This document shows, piece by piece, positions 1-10,625 of a stretch of DNA of 61,438 bases. Source of the DNA: an uncultured Lachnospiraceae bacterium. GTDB taxonomy: Bacteria > Bacillota > Clostridia > Lachnospirales > Lachnospiraceae. The first letter of the stretch is position 1, and the number at the start of each line of letters is the position of its first letter. A model generated the notes under the pieces. The model saw only the letters and a program-made list of their open reading frames with translations. It did no database searches and had not been told where the DNA came from. Position numbers and translations under genes: made by a program. The stretch is from positions 1 through 61,438 of the forward strand of contig CALWEC010000080.1 in the NCBI GenBank assembly GCA_944376945.1. Reading direction: 5' to 3'.

Positions 1-1
1 G

Positions 2-358
2 CTGGAAAGCGAGGTATTTAATTTGTATCGCGAGGAAATCACGCAAGGCTTCAACAGTAACGACTATTTGAAATTGTTCCGGCACATAAAAGATAATCAA
101 ATTTTTTATAATACCTATTTTAAGTTAGGATATGACAACAATTACAAAATCATCCGCTATGATACCGCCCTTGCCCGTGAACACTTTCAGAACAGATTTA
201 TTGAATATCATACAGAGTTTTTCAGAGCAGGTATTACGCAAATTATAAAAATCTGGCTAAAGGGCGGCTGCAAGGAAAGCCCGGAAAATATGTTTGAAGT
301 CATCAAGAGTGAATATCAAGGGCGGGATAGCTTTTTCGTTGATAAAAGTGCGGAATAG
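2..358 (+). CDS. TetR/AcrR-family regulator, C-terminal part (5'-truncated by window edge)
   Basis: Frame open from base 2; C-terminal FFRAGITQIIKIWLKGGCKESPENM resembles Firmicute TetR C-terminal domains; AT-rich relative to the window. Confidence 0.7.
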   Translation: MESEVFNLYREEITQGFNSNDYLKLFRHIKDNQIFYNTYFKLGYDNNYKIIRYDTALAREHFQNRFIEYHTEFFRAGITQIIKIWLKGGCKESPENMFEVIKSEYQGRDSFFVDKSAE

Positions 359-515
359 TAGGTGGCCGCCTATCAAATTCTTGTGTGTTACTTTATGGCA
401 CATGAGCATTTACTCCTGGATTATCATTTCCGGATCTTTCCAAAAGATGGATGACGTCCCACGCGCCCAAACCGGCTCCCCCCTTCCCAATCTCGCCGCT
501 CCATGCGCACATGGG

Positions 516-568
516 GCGAAGGCTGCCAAACGCAAAATAGCGAAGGCTGCCAAGCGCAAAATAGCGAA
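516..568. repeat. 24-bp tandem repeat, 2 copies plus partial
   Basis: GCGAAGGCTGCCAA(A/G)CGCAAAATA at 516-539 and 540-563, then GCGAA. Confidence 0.9.
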
Positions 569-907
569 AGAAAAACGGGGCAGATTCAAGATGCTGCTCC
601 GTTTTCTTGGATAGCCGCCCGCCGTATCGCCTGCCGAAGAGATTCGGGCTGGCGGATACCAAAGGGCGCAAGGTGCGCTGTGAAGCCGGCGTGTCCTTCT
701 TCGGACAGCCGGAATTCCACAATGTGGCTGCAGGGAAGGGTATCGTATTCCTTTTCTTTCCGCTAAAGATACCTTTCAAAGGCCGTCGTCTACCCGCTGA
801 ACGAGGATTTTTTCAAAATTTCTTTTGCTTTCGGAATCCAGGCAGCAAAAAAGCAGCAAATCTTTCTCAGACTTACTGCTTTCGCTGGCCGCCGGCTGGC
901 TTTGCTA

Positions 908-1441
908 TTACAACGTGGTCCCTTTCTGGGGGATAAAAAATTGTTTCATGTCCACACTTTCTAACTTCAACAGTTTCACTTTTTTCTCTATCCCTCCTGC
1001 ATATCCGGTAAGGCTTCCATTTGTCCCTACCACACGGTGGCAAGGCACAAGGATAGAGATTGGATTGTGGCCTACCGCGCCCCCTACGGCCTGTGCTGAC
1101 ATATGCGGCAAGCATTTCTCCGCGGCGATCTGCCTGGCAATCTCGCCGTATGTCATGGTCTGGCCGTACGGAATGGTACAGAGGATTTTCCACACCTTAT
1201 TTTGAAAATCCGTGCCGGTGAAGTGAAGCGGTACAGAAAAGTCCGGTTCTTTTCCCGAAAAGTAAATGGCAAGCCACTGCTTTACTTTTTCAAAAAGGGG
1301 GATTTCTTTTTCCTCATGTTCCTTGTCCAGATAAAGGGCAAAATATTTTTGCCCCTCAAACCAAAGGCCGGTCAAACCAATCTCATCGGCGGCCAACAGC
1401 ATGTTCCCAATCGGCGAGCGATCCTGACAGATGTACTGCAT
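908..1441 (-). CDS. ogt: Methylated-DNA--protein-cysteine methyltransferase
   Basis: PCHRVV active-site motif, GTDFQNKVW, GYAGG. Confidence 0.95.
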   Translation of the reverse strand: MQYICQDRSPIGNMLLAADEIGLTGLWFEGQKYFALYLDKEHEEKEIPLFEKVKQWLAIYFSGKEPDFSVPLHFTGTDFQNKVWKILCTIPYGQTMTYGEIARQIAAEKCLPHMSAQAVGGAVGHNPISILVPCHRVVGTNGSLTGYAGGIEKKVKLLKLESVDMKQFFIPQKGTTL

Positions 1442-1495
1442 ATCATTCCTCCGTACCGAAATACCGGTTTTGCGTATGGATTCCGGCGTCGTTTC

Positions 1496-3616
1496 CTACC
1501 TTCCCATCAGCCTGCGCAGGGCCCGCCGCAGGCCGCCGGGCTTTCCGGACGGCGGCGCCTCCGACGCCGCAGCCTCCTGCTCCGCCAGGGCCATCAAGAA
1601 CTGCTGGCTGTCCAAAGGCTCCTGGCCGGGATCTGCTTCCGCGTACGTCCCGTCCGCCCTCAGCACCCGGGCCTTCCGGGTATCCTTCTCGATGGTTTCC
1701 CAAATCCGGTGGATCCGGGCCCGGCATTTTTCATCGTAAATGGGACAGGCCGCCTCCACCCTTCGCTCCATGTTGCGGGTCATAAAGTCCGCGGAAGAAA
1801 TATACATCTGCTCTTCCGCCCCTTCCCCAAAGCAATAGATCCGGGAATGCTCCAGATAGCGCCCCACCACGCTGCGGATCTGGATATTCTCCGTCTTTCC
1901 GGGGATACCCGGCAGCAGACAGCAGATGCCCCGGATGACCATTTGCACGGAAACGCCGGCCTGGGACGCCTGGGACAGCTTTTCGATGATCTCCGCGTCC
2001 GTCAGGGAATTGATCTTAATGCGGATCCGCCCCCGGGGGCCTTTGGCAATCTCCCGGTCCATCAGGTTCAGCACCGTAGACTTTAAGGACACCGGCGCCA
2101 CCAGCAGATGATGGTAGTGGCCCTGGAGATTGGCAATGGACATATTTTTAAAGAACTCCGCCGCGTCCGCCCCAATCTGCGGATTGGCGGTAATCAGGGA
2201 AAGGTCCGTGTACAGCTTGGCGGTATTTTCGTTGTAGTTGCCGGTACCTACCTGGGTAATGTACTCCACGCCGCTTTTTCCCTTGCGGGTGATCAGGCAC
2301 ACCTTGGAATGCACCTTATAGAAATCAAAGCCATAAAGGATGGTGCAGCCTGCTTCCTCCAAGCGCTCCGACCAATCCATATTGTTCTGCTCGTCAAACC
2401 GGGCCCGCAGTTCAATGAGCACCGTCACGCTTTTTCCGTTCTCCGCGGCTTCGCACAGGGATTCTACCAGCTTGGCCTTGCTGGCCAGCCGGTAGATGGT
2501 AATCTTAATGGATACCACGGAGGGATCCGCCGCCGCCTCCTTCAAAAGCTGAAGGAACGGCTCCATGCTTTCAAACGGGTAGGAAAGCAGAAGATCCCCC
2601 TGCTCCACCTGACGGATCATACTCTCGCCCTTGCGGACGCTTCCTGGCCACACCGGGGTAAACTTCGGGTAAGACATGGCCGCCTGCTCTGTCTTGGAAA
2701 GCTTTCCCGCCAGGCTGTAGACATACTTCATCTTCAAAGGGGCGGAAGTCACATAGATCTGCGTCTCCTCCAGCCCCAGTTTCTCCCTAAAATACTGGCT
2801 AAAGCCCTGGCTGACCGGGCCGGACAGTTCCAGGCGCACCGGGGCCAGCCGCCGCCGGCGGCCCAGCACTTTTTTCATCCGTTTCCGGAAATCCTCCTCC
2901 TCCGCAAAGTCCTCATCGTCCGGATTCACATCCGCGTTGCGGGTCACCGCGAAAATCACCTTTTCCGCAACCGTGTAAGGGGCAAACAGCTGCTCCGCAT
3001 ACTCCAGGATAATATTCTCCACCCGAATGTAGCGGACATGGGCCCCCGGAAGATAGAACACATCCGGCAGCACGGCGGGAATGGGGATCACACCAAAAAT
3101 TTCCCGGTTTTTATGCTTCAGCATCACGCCGATGTGAATCACCTTGTTCACCAGATGGGGGAACGGATGCTGGACGTCCACAATCTGAGGGGAAAGAATG
3201 GGCTCTATGGACGCTTTAAAATATTGTTTGACGCATTTCTTTTCGTTTTCTTCCAGTTCCCGGAACGACAGATGGCAGATATCCCGCGCCCGCAGCTGTT
3301 TTTCCACCTCGTCAAAAATCTGTTCCCGTTTCTGGTACAGAGGGCCCACTTCCTCAAAAATCCGCTCCAGCTGCTGGCCAGGGGTCATCCCCGATTTTTT
3401 GTCGATCTGATCCGGATTCTCGTGCTGGATGTCAAACAGGCTGCCTACCCGGATCATAAAAAATTCGTCCAGGTTGCTGGTAAAAATCTCAATAAATTTC
3501 AGCCGCTCCAACAGCGGCACCGTCTCGTCCCAGGCCTCGCTTAAAACCCGGTCGTTAAAACGCAGCCAGGAAAGCTCCCGGTTCTGGGTAAATCCTTTGG
3601 TATAAAGGTCGCTCAT
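1496..3616 (-). CDS. ppk1: Polyphosphate kinase 1
   Basis: NRELSWLRFNDRVL, SNLDEFFMIRV, ELRARFDE, KVHSK, GRYLEHSRI, SSADFMTRN. Confidence 0.97.
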   Translation of the reverse strand: MSDLYTKGFTQNRELSWLRFNDRVLSEAWDETVPLLERLKFIEIFTSNLDEFFMIRVGSLFDIQHENPDQIDKKSGMTPGQQLERIFEEVGPLYQKREQIFDEVEKQLRARDICHLSFRELEENEKKCVKQYFKASIEPILSPQIVDVQHPFPHLVNKVIHIGVMLKHKNREIFGVIPIPAVLPDVFYLPGAHVRYIRVENIILEYAEQLFAPYTVAEKVIFAVTRNADVNPDDEDFAEEEDFRKRMKKVLGRRRRLAPVRLELSGPVSQGFSQYFREKLGLEETQIYVTSAPLKMKYVYSLAGKLSKTEQAAMSYPKFTPVWPGSVRKGESMIRQVEQGDLLLSYPFESMEPFLQLLKEAAADPSVVSIKITIYRLASKAKLVESLCEAAENGKSVTVLIELRARFDEQNNMDWSERLEEAGCTILYGFDFYKVHSKVCLITRKGKSGVEYITQVGTGNYNENTAKLYTDLSLITANPQIGADAAEFFKNMSIANLQGHYHHLLVAPVSLKSTVLNLMDREIAKGPRGRIRIKINSLTDAEIIEKLSQASQAGVSVQMVIRGICCLLPGIPGKTENIQIRSVVGRYLEHSRIYCFGEGAEEQMYISSADFMTRNMERRVEAACPIYDEKCRARIHRIWETIEKDTRKARVLRADGTYAEADPGQEPLDSQQFLMALAEQEAAASEAPPSGKPGGLRRALRRLMGR

Positions 3617-4533
3617 GCGGCTCCTCCTTTTTTCTCCAGCAGGTAAGTCAAATATCCCTCCCGCACGCCGTAGCTGCAGACCACAAAGCTGCCGGAGCCG
3701 TAGGCTTTGGCTATCTCCTCAAAAATCAGCAGGCCGGGGATCATGGTGTGGATCCGCTCCGGCGCCGCCCGCAGGATGCTGGCCTGAAGTCCTTTTACGT
3801 TCTCTTCCGTAACCTGCAGAAACTCACTCAACTGTTTTCTTGTGTATTCCCGGCTTCCCTCCGGAATCCCGAACCGTTCCCGCATCAGCAGCAGGGAAGC
3901 CCGGGCGGTGCCGCCGATGCTGTAAATGGGATGGGCGGCCAGCTCTTCCTGGGGAAGGGGCGGCGTTACCTGCTCCAAATGCCCCCTTACCTCCTTCCGG
4001 ATTTTCCGGATCTCCTTCTCCGTGGGAAGGATCCCCTCCACAAACCGTTTGTACAGGTTCAGGGAGCCAATGGGAAGGGAGGTGGCCTCCATAATCTGGT
4101 TTTCGTGGAAAAAGGTCAGCTCCGTACTGCCGCCTCCCACGTCCACCACCAGGCCGTTGTCGTGGATGCCGTTGTGGAGGGCGCCGTAATAGTCAAAGGT
4201 AGCCTCCTCCTCCCCGGTGAGGATCCGCACGTCCAGCCGGCACTCCTCCCGGATCCGGGCCAGCACCTCCTCCCGGTTGGCGCTGTTGCGCAGGGCCGCC
4301 GTGCCAAAGGGGAAAATCCGTTCCACATGGATGTGATCCAAAATGGAGCGGATCTCCGAAAGGATGTCCACCAGCTTCTGCACGCCCTCCGGATCCAGGC
4401 GGTTTTCCGGGTCGATATAGCCGGCCAGGCCTGCCGGATATTTCTTATTTAAAACCGAGTGCAGCTGGCCGCCCTGCTTGGAATAAATCACCAGCCGAAT
4501 GGTATTGGAACCAATGTCAATTACCGCATACAT
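3613..4533 (-). CDS. ppx: Exopolyphosphatase, Ppx/GppA family
   Basis: IDIGSNTIR, TAALR, DVGGGSTE, GVREG; 4-bp overlap with ppk1. Confidence 0.93.
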   Translation of the reverse strand: MYAVIDIGSNTIRLVIYSKQGGQLHSVLNKKYPAGLAGYIDPENRLDPEGVQKLVDILSEIRSILDHIHVERIFPFGTAALRNSANREEVLARIREECRLDVRILTGEEEATFDYYGALHNGIHDNGLVVDVGGGSTELTFFHENQIMEATSLPIGSLNLYKRFVEGILPTEKEIRKIRKEVRGHLEQVTPPLPQEELAAHPIYSIGGTARASLLLMRERFGIPEGSREYTRKQLSEFLQVTEENVKGLQASILRAAPERIHTMIPGLLIFEEIAKAYGSGSFVVCSYGVREGYLTYLLEKKGGAA

Positions 4534-4703
4534 AGGGTCGCCTCCATTGCATAGTCGTTTTAGTTTACCTTGTCAATGTAAAATATTATAGCCCTTTTTC
4601 CCTGGGGATTTGTTAATTTTGTGTAAAGTTTCCGTCTCCGTCCGGGGCCCAACATGCCATTGACAATCCGGCAAAATCTGCTAGAATGAATTTTAGAATT
4701 GAA

Positions 4704-4890
4704 TGTATCAAGGTGCCCGCGGTTTCCGCGGGAGAATAGGGAAGCTGAGTGAAAAACTCACACGGTCACGCCGCTGTAAAGGGAGAGCCGTGTTTTCAAG
4801 GGATTCGGCGGAATCCACGCCACTGGGAGATTTCCCGGGAAGGCCGAAAACACAGCAGAGACCCCTAAGTCAGAAGACCTGCCTGGTACA
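4704..4890 (+). ncRNA. Cobalamin (B12) riboswitch
   Basis: AATAGGGAA, GCCGCTGTAA, GCCACTGGGA..GGGAAGG, AGTCAGAAGACCTGCC (B12 box); TGTATCAAGG/CCTGGTACA closing stem; upstream of cbiM. Confidence 0.93.
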
Positions 4891-4981
4891 GGAAATTTAC
4901 ACCGGGTTACGAACGATGGCCTTGTGTAGGAACCGGATACCCCAAGGGGGATCTCCTTTTCGGTTTTCCGGTTTCCAGATG

Positions 4982-5010
4982 GCCTGTCGGGACGTCCGGC
5001 AGGTTTTTTT
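4982..5010 (+). terminator. Intrinsic terminator, probable riboswitch expression platform
   Basis: GCCTGTCGG-gacgt-CCGGCAGGT followed by a T-run, between riboswitch and cbiM. Confidence 0.75.
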
Positions 5011-5071
5011 AATGCCCGGATCCCCAGCGTCTGGGGCCTCCGGCTACAATCCTATGAAGGAGGAACACACC

Positions 5072-5818
5072 ATGCGAAAAAACGAAAAACGGATCCTGGC
5101 TGCCGCCGCAGCCCTGGCCCTGGCCTTTGGGGCCGCGCCCAACGTCTCTGCCATGCACATTATGGAGGGGTACCTGCCTGGAGGCTTCTGTGTTGCCTGG
5201 GGCGTGCTCTGCCTGCCCTTTCTGGCCGCAGGCTTCTTTTCCATCCGGAGGGCCCTGGAGCAGCGCCGGAACCTGATCACCCTGCTGGCCATGTCGGGGG
5301 CTTTTATCTTTGTCATCTCTTCCCTGAAGATCCCCTCGGTCAGCGGAAGCTGTTCCCACATGACCGGGACCGGGCTGGGCGCCATCCTTTTCGGCCCCTC
5401 CGCCGTGTCCATCCTGGGGCTGATCGTGCTGCTGTTCCAGGCCCTGCTGCTGGCCCACGGAGGGCTGACCACCATTGGGGCCAATACCTTTTCCATGGCC
5501 ATTGCCGGCCCCTTTGTGTCCTGGGGCATCTACCGGCTGTGCCAGAAAACCAAGCTAAACCGGCGAGCCTCCATCTTTCTGGCCGCCGCCCTAGGCGATT
5601 TCTGCACCTACTGCGTTACCTCCCTGCAGATGGCCCTGGCGCACCACGAGGACGCCACCATCGGCGGCGCTTTCGCCGAGTTCCTGGCGGTCTTTGCCCC
5701 CACCCAACTGCCGCTGGCAGTCATTGAAGGCATTCTGACCGTGCTCATTGTAATGGGACTGGAAACCTATGCCAAGCCGGAGCTGCGGGCCATCGGCTTT
5801 CTGAAGGAGGCGAAATAA
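5072..5818 (+). CDS. cbiM: Cobalt ECF transporter substrate component CbiM
   Basis: Signal peptide then MHIMEGYLP, GSCSHMTG; RBS AAGGAGG before ATG 5072. Confidence 0.95.
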   Translation: MRKNEKRILAAAAALALAFGAAPNVSAMHIMEGYLPGGFCVAWGVLCLPFLAAGFFSIRRALEQRRNLITLLAMSGAFIFVISSLKIPSVSGSCSHMTGTGLGAILFGPSAVSILGLIVLLFQALLLAHGGLTTIGANTFSMAIAGPFVSWGIYRLCQKTKLNRRASIFLAAALGDFCTYCVTSLQMALAHHEDATIGGAFAEFLAVFAPTQLPLAVIEGILTVLIVMGLETYAKPELRAIGFLKEAK

Positions 5819-5820
5819 CC

Positions 5821-6144
5821 ATGAAAAAGACGGTGTTTTTGGGAATTGCCCTGGTGCTTTTGATTGCCCTGATCCCTCTGTTCCTGCGGAAAGACGCGGA
5901 GTTCGGCGGCTCCGACGACGCCGGCAGCCAGGTGGTGGCGGAGGTAGATTCCTCCTACGAGCCCTGGGCCACGCCCCTCCTGGAGCGGATCCTGGGCGGG
6001 GAGCTGCCGGGCGAGGTGGAAAGCCTCTTTTTCTGCCTGCAGACCGGCATCGGCGTAGGCATCATCGCGTTTATCATGGGGAGATTTGTGGAACGCAGAA
6101 AATGGATGAAGCAGGAGGAAGAACCGGCCCGTGATTGCCATTGA
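5821..6144 (+). CDS. cbiN: Cobalt transporter CbiN
   Basis: EFGGSDD, YEPW, GEVESLFFCLQ. Confidence 0.93.
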   Translation: MKKTVFLGIALVLLIALIPLFLRKDAEFGGSDDAGSQVVAEVDSSYEPWATPLLERILGGELPGEVESLFFCLQTGIGVGIIAFIMGRFVERRKWMKQEEEPARDCH

Positions 6145-6907
6145 CCAGCTTTGCTACCATTCTAAGCTTCGGTATGAAAACCCGGGAGAAAAATTTGCCT
6201 TTGCAGGGATTACCCTCTGCATCTGCGTCATAAGCCGCACCATAGAGGTTTCCTCTGTGGTGCTGGCCGCGGCAGGGATCCTGACGGTCTGGAAGGGCGG
6301 GGTCCCGGTTTCCCGTTACCTGCGTTTTTTGACGGTCCCCCTGGCGTTCCTGCTTCTCAGCAGCCTGGCCATTTTCCTGCGGGTGAAGGAAGCGCCCCTG
6401 GATCTGTTTGCCCTGCCTCTGGGGAGATGGTACCTGACGGCCAGCCGGGATTCCCTGGCCTATGTGGCCCGCCTGGTCTTTACCGCCATGGGCTCGGTTT
6501 CCTGCCTGTATTTCCTGTCCTTCACCACGCCGATGCCGGATCTGCTGGAGGTGCTGGCCCGCCTGCATTGCCCGGCCCTGCTCCGGGAGCTGATGCTTCT
6601 GATCTACCGCTTTATCTTTATCCTGCTGCGCACCGCCTCCGCCATCGCCACCTCCCAGCGCTGCCGCCTGGGGAACAAGGATTACCGGACCTCCTTAAAA
6701 TCCTTTGGCCTGCTGGGCTCCGCGCTGATGATCCGGGCGGTGGCCCGCTCCGGCCGGCTCTACGACGCCATGGAGGCCCGCTGCTACGACGGGCGCATCC
6801 GGGTGCTCTCCGAAAGCCGGCCGCCCAGAAAAAGCGTGATTGCCTGGATCGCCGTGTTTGACACGGCCCTGTTTTTCTTTGCCCTTTGGAGGAAATTTTG
6901 CGGATGA
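6131..6907 (+). CDS. cbiQ: Cobalt ECF T component CbiQ
   Basis: Hydrophobic; LIYRFIF, AMEARCYDG; GTG start. Confidence 0.92.
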   Translation: MIAIDQLCYHSKLRYENPGEKFAFAGITLCICVISRTIEVSSVVLAAAGILTVWKGGVPVSRYLRFLTVPLAFLLLSSLAIFLRVKEAPLDLFALPLGRWYLTASRDSLAYVARLVFTAMGSVSCLYFLSFTTPMPDLLEVLARLHCPALLRELMLLIYRFIFILLRTASAIATSQRCRLGNKDYRTSLKSFGLLGSALMIRAVARSGRLYDAMEARCYDGRIRVLSESRPPRKSVIAWIAVFDTALFFFALWRKFCG

Positions 6908-7755
6908 GCGACCAAATCATTTTAAAAGCGGATAACCTGTACTTTTCCTACGATGAGGATCACAGCCATTCTCTGAACGGGCTGTCCCTGGAAATCCGCC
7001 AGGGCCAAAAGATCGCCCTTATGGGAGCCAATGGCAGCGGGAAATCCACCTTTTTCCTCTGCTGTACCGGCATCCTAAAGCCCCAGAAGGGCCGTCTTTT
7101 TTTCAAAGGGGAGGAGTTCCGCTACGACAAAAAAAGCCTGCTGGACCTGCGGAGCAAGGTGGGGATCGTCTTCCAGGATCCGGACAATCAGCTGTTCTGC
7201 GCCAGCGTCTATCAGGAAATCTCCTTTGGCATCCTAAACCTGGGGGTTCCCCCGGAGGAGGCCAAAAAAGAGGTGGAAAACGTCATCCAGCAGCTGGAAA
7301 TTACCCCCTTCCGCCACCAGCCGGCCCACGCCCTAAGCGGCGGGCAGAAAAAGCAGGTTTCTATCGCCGATATCCTGGTCATGCACCCGGAGATCATTCT
7401 CTTGGACGAACCGGCGGCCGCCCTGGATCCCCGGCATATCCGGATGGTCAACCAGATGGTGGATCAGATGACCGAGGCGGGCATTACCGTCCTGATAGCC
7501 ACCCACGACGTGGACTACGCCTACGGGTGGGCCGATGAGGTGATCCTCTTCCAGGAAGGCCGGGTCCTGCTCCACGGCTCCCCCTTGGAGGTTTTCTCCA
7601 ACCGGCCGGCGCTGGATCAGACCAACCTGGAGCCGCCTGCCGTGCTGGAGCTGTTCCAGGCCCTGGCCCGGAAGGGGATCCTGGACGGCTCCCAAACGCC
7701 GCCCCGGAACCTGCCGGAGCTGAAACGGGCGATTGAAGAATGCCCGGGGCCGTGA
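6904..7755 (+). CDS. cbiO: Cobalt ECF ATPase CbiO
   Basis: GANGSGKST, VFQDPDNQL, LSGGQ, ILLDEP; ATGA overlap with cbiQ stop. Confidence 0.92.
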   Translation: MSDQIILKADNLYFSYDEDHSHSLNGLSLEIRQGQKIALMGANGSGKSTFFLCCTGILKPQKGRLFFKGEEFRYDKKSLLDLRSKVGIVFQDPDNQLFCASVYQEISFGILNLGVPPEEAKKEVENVIQQLEITPFRHQPAHALSGGQKKQVSIADILVMHPEIILLDEPAAALDPRHIRMVNQMVDQMTEAGITVLIATHDVDYAYGWADEVILFQEGRVLLHGSPLEVFSNRPALDQTNLEPPAVLELFQALARKGILDGSQTPPRNLPELKRAIEECPGP

Positions 7756-7822
7756 CCCCAGGCATTTTTCTTTTGGATCCGCTTTATCCCAGCTCCCGGT
7801 TTTGTAACAGCGCCCGAGGATT

Positions 7823-8623
7823 TTATACCAGCACCCGCAGCGCTATCATAAGCCCCAGGTACAGGGCCAGCAGCCCATAGGCCGCCGCGTCCCGCCGCTG
7901 ATACCGCAGCGGGTGCATTTTGGTCCGGCCCGCTCCGCCCCGGTAGCACCGGGATTCCATGGCCATGGCCAGGTCCATAGCCCGGCGGAAGGCGGAAATA
8001 AAAAGGGGCACCAGCAGCGGCACCAGCGCCTTGGCCCGCTGAAGAAGGCTGCCAGACTCAAAGTCCGCTCCCCGGGCCATCTGGGCCTTCATAATTTTAT
8101 CCGCTTCCTCCGTAAGCAGCGGGATAAAGCGCAGGGCAATGGACATGGTCATGGCCAGCTCATGCACCGGCACCCGGAATACCCGCAGGAAGCCCAGCCC
8201 CTTTTCCATCCCATCGGTCAGCGCGTTGGGCGTGGTGGTAAAGGTCATCAGGGAGGATCCCATGACCAGGTAGATAAGCCGCGCCGCCATGTAGGCCCCC
8301 TGAAGCAGCCCCTCCCGGGTAATCCGGAAGATCCAGGCCTGCACCAGCACTTCCCCCGGCGTCAAAAACACATTGAACGCCACGCTGAACATCAGCAGGA
8401 AAATCACCATCTTCAGCCCCCGGAGGATGTAGCCCAAGGGCACCCGGGAAACGCGGATACAGCCGCCTAAAAACAGGGTGGCCAGCAGATAGCAGGGCCA
8501 CCGGTCCGCCACAAACAAGGAAATCAGGAAAATCAGCGTTCCCATCAGCTTTACCCGAGGGTCCAGCCGGTGAACCGGCGAGGCCACCGGGTAATATTGT
8601 CCCAGTGTAATGTCCTTCAGCAT
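7823..8623 (-). CDS. ecfT: General ECF transmembrane component
   Basis: MLKDITLGQY, LDPRVKL, ALRFIP, AQMARG, AMESRCY. Confidence 0.93.
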   Translation of the reverse strand: MLKDITLGQYYPVASPVHRLDPRVKLMGTLIFLISLFVADRWPCYLLATLFLGGCIRVSRVPLGYILRGLKMVIFLLMFSVAFNVFLTPGEVLVQAWIFRITREGLLQGAYMAARLIYLVMGSSLMTFTTTPNALTDGMEKGLGFLRVFRVPVHELAMTMSIALRFIPLLTEEADKIMKAQMARGADFESGSLLQRAKALVPLLVPLFISAFRRAMDLAMAMESRCYRGGAGRTKMHPLRYQRRDAAAYGLLALYLGLMIALRVLV

Positions 8624-8633
8624 GCCTGTCTCC

Positions 8634-10448
8634 TCATTCCGCCGTTTCCTCCCTAAAGCACCGCAGGATATCCCGCTCCGCCTCCTCCACGGTAATCCCA
8701 TGGCCTGCCGCCGGGAAGCCCGCCTGGCGCAGCTCTTCCATCAGATACGTAACCTGCGGGGCGGAAAGCCCCATTTTTTCCAGTTCCCGGAAATGGAGGA
8801 ATACCTGACGGGGCGTCCCGTCCAGGATCACCTGGCCTGCGTCCAGCACAACCAGCCGCTCCGCGTACCGGGCCACGTCCTCCATGCTGTGGGACACCAG
8901 CACCACCGCCATGCCCCGCTCCCGGTGCAGCCGGGCCACCTGATCCAAGATTTCGTCCCGTCCCGCCGGATCCAGCCCGGCAGTGGGCTCGTCCAGCACC
9001 AACACCTCCGGCTCCATGGCCAGCACCCCCGCAATGGCGGCCCGGCGCTTCTGCCCGCCGGAAAGCTCAAAGGGCGAACGCCGGTAATAGCTTTCGTCCA
9101 TCCCTACCAGGCGCAGGGCCTCCCGGGCCCGGGCCTCTGCTTCCTCCTGGGAAAGCCCCAGGTTTTTGGGGCCAAAGCAGACGTCCGCCAGCACGTCCGA
9201 CTCAAACAGCTGGTGCTCCGGGTACTGGAACACCATGCCCACCTTGCCCCGCAGCCGCCTCCGGTCGTACTTTTCCGCAAAAATATCCTCCCCTCGGAAC
9301 CGTACCTCCCCAGAGTCCGGGCGCAGCAGCCCGTTGAGATGCTGGATCAGGGTGGATTTGCCGGATCCGGTGTGGCCGATGGGGCAGACAAACTGGCCTT
9401 GGGGGATGGAAAGGGAAAGGCCCTTCAGCACCTGGATCTCCATAGGCGTGCCAGCGCCGTACCGGTAGGAAACGTTCCGCAGCTCCAGCACCGGCTCCGC
9501 CGCCGGAGCGGGTTCCGGACCGTCCCCCTTCTTCGGAGCGGAGGCCTGGCCGTCCGCCCGATCTTCCTGGCTTGCCGCGCGCACCCGGGCCCCGGCGTCC
9601 CGGGCGTCCCGCAGGCTTTGCACCAGCTCCGGGATCGTCAGAATGCCGGAGGGGATGGGAAGCCCATCCTTGGCCAGCCGGAAGCCCAGCTCCGTGGCCT
9701 GGGGGACGTCCAGCCCCATGGCTTTCAGTTCCTCCACCTGGGCAAAAATTTCCCGGGGAGCGCCGGCCATCCGCAGCCGCCCGTCGTCCATGACAAAAAT
9801 CCGGTCCGCCTCCACCGTTTCTTCCATATAATGAGTGATCAGGATAACCGTGATCCCTTCCTCCCGGTTCAGCTTCCGCACCGTGCGGATGACCTCCTTC
9901 CGGCCGCTGGGATCCAGCATAGCCGTAGGCTCATCCAGCACAATGCACCGGGGACGCATGGCCATCACCCCGGCAATGGCCACCCGCTGCTTCTGGCCGC
10001 CGGACAGATGGTTGGGCGATGCCTGCCGGTAGGCGTACATGCCCACCGCCTCCAGGCTTTCCTGCACCCGGCGCCAGATTTCCGGGGTAGGCACCCCCAT
10101 ATTTTCCGGGCCAAAGCCTACATCCTCCTCCACCACCGAAGCGATAATCTGATTGTCCGGGTTCTGGAACACCATCCCCGCCGTCTGCCGGATATCCCAA
10201 AGGAACTCCTCCCGGCGGGTATCCATCCCGCCTACCCAGACCACCCCGTCTGTGGGGAATAAAAGGGCGTTGATGTGCTTGGCCAGCGTGGACTTCCCGG
10301 AGCCGTTCCGGCCCAGGATCGCCACAAACTGCCCCTCCTCCACGTCCAGGCTGACGCCATCCACTGCCCGCAGCGTCTCCTCCACCTGATTTTCCTCGTC
10401 CCGGCGGACATACTCGTAAACCAGCCGGTCGGTTCGCACAATTCCCAT
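8634..10448 (-). CDS. ecfA: Fused ECF ATPase EcfA-EcfA'
   Basis: Two ABC domains ([17 protein letters not shown] and [17 protein letters not shown]) joined by an Ala/Pro-rich linker. Confidence 0.92.
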   Translation of the reverse strand: MGIVRTDRLVYEYVRRDEENQVEETLRAVDGVSLDVEEGQFVAILGRNGSGKSTLAKHINALLFPTDGVVWVGGMDTRREEFLWDIRQTAGMVFQNPDNQIIASVVEEDVGFGPENMGVPTPEIWRRVQESLEAVGMYAYRQASPNHLSGGQKQRVAIAGVMAMRPRCIVLDEPTAMLDPSGRKEVIRTVRKLNREEGITVILITHYMEETVEADRIFVMDDGRLRMAGAPREIFAQVEELKAMGLDVPQATELGFRLAKDGLPIPSGILTIPELVQSLRDARDAGARVRAASQEDRADGQASAPKKGDGPEPAPAAEPVLELRNVSYRYGAGTPMEIQVLKGLSLSIPQGQFVCPIGHTGSGKSTLIQHLNGLLRPDSGEVRFRGEDIFAEKYDRRRLRGKVGMVFQYPEHQLFESDVLADVCFGPKNLGLSQEEAEARAREALRLVGMDESYYRRSPFELSGGQKRRAAIAGVLAMEPEVLVLDEPTAGLDPAGRDEILDQVARLHRERGMAVVLVSHSMEDVARYAERLVVLDAGQVILDGTPRQVFLHFRELEKMGLSAPQVTYLMEELRQAGFPAAGHGITVEEAERDILRCFREETAE

Positions 10449-10625
10449 GATCTTTCTCCGTCCTTGAAACACGGCGGCCAAGGCCGCCAGAACTTTTTTA
10501 TTATACTGAACCAGCAGGCTCTTGTCAAATGGGCCCGGGGCCGATATAATGGTACAAGCGCCGCCCCGGCGCCTGCGCTGGCGCGCAGGAGGGAAGGCGC
10601 GGATCCTACCGAAAAGGAGAAGCCT

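Noticed and set aside
4703-5071. N-terminal ORF extensions of cbiM (and of ferredoxin from 59747, fabT from 43385, fabF from 50188)
   Set aside because: They run through a riboswitch, repeats or neighbouring genes; better RBS-linked starts lie downstream
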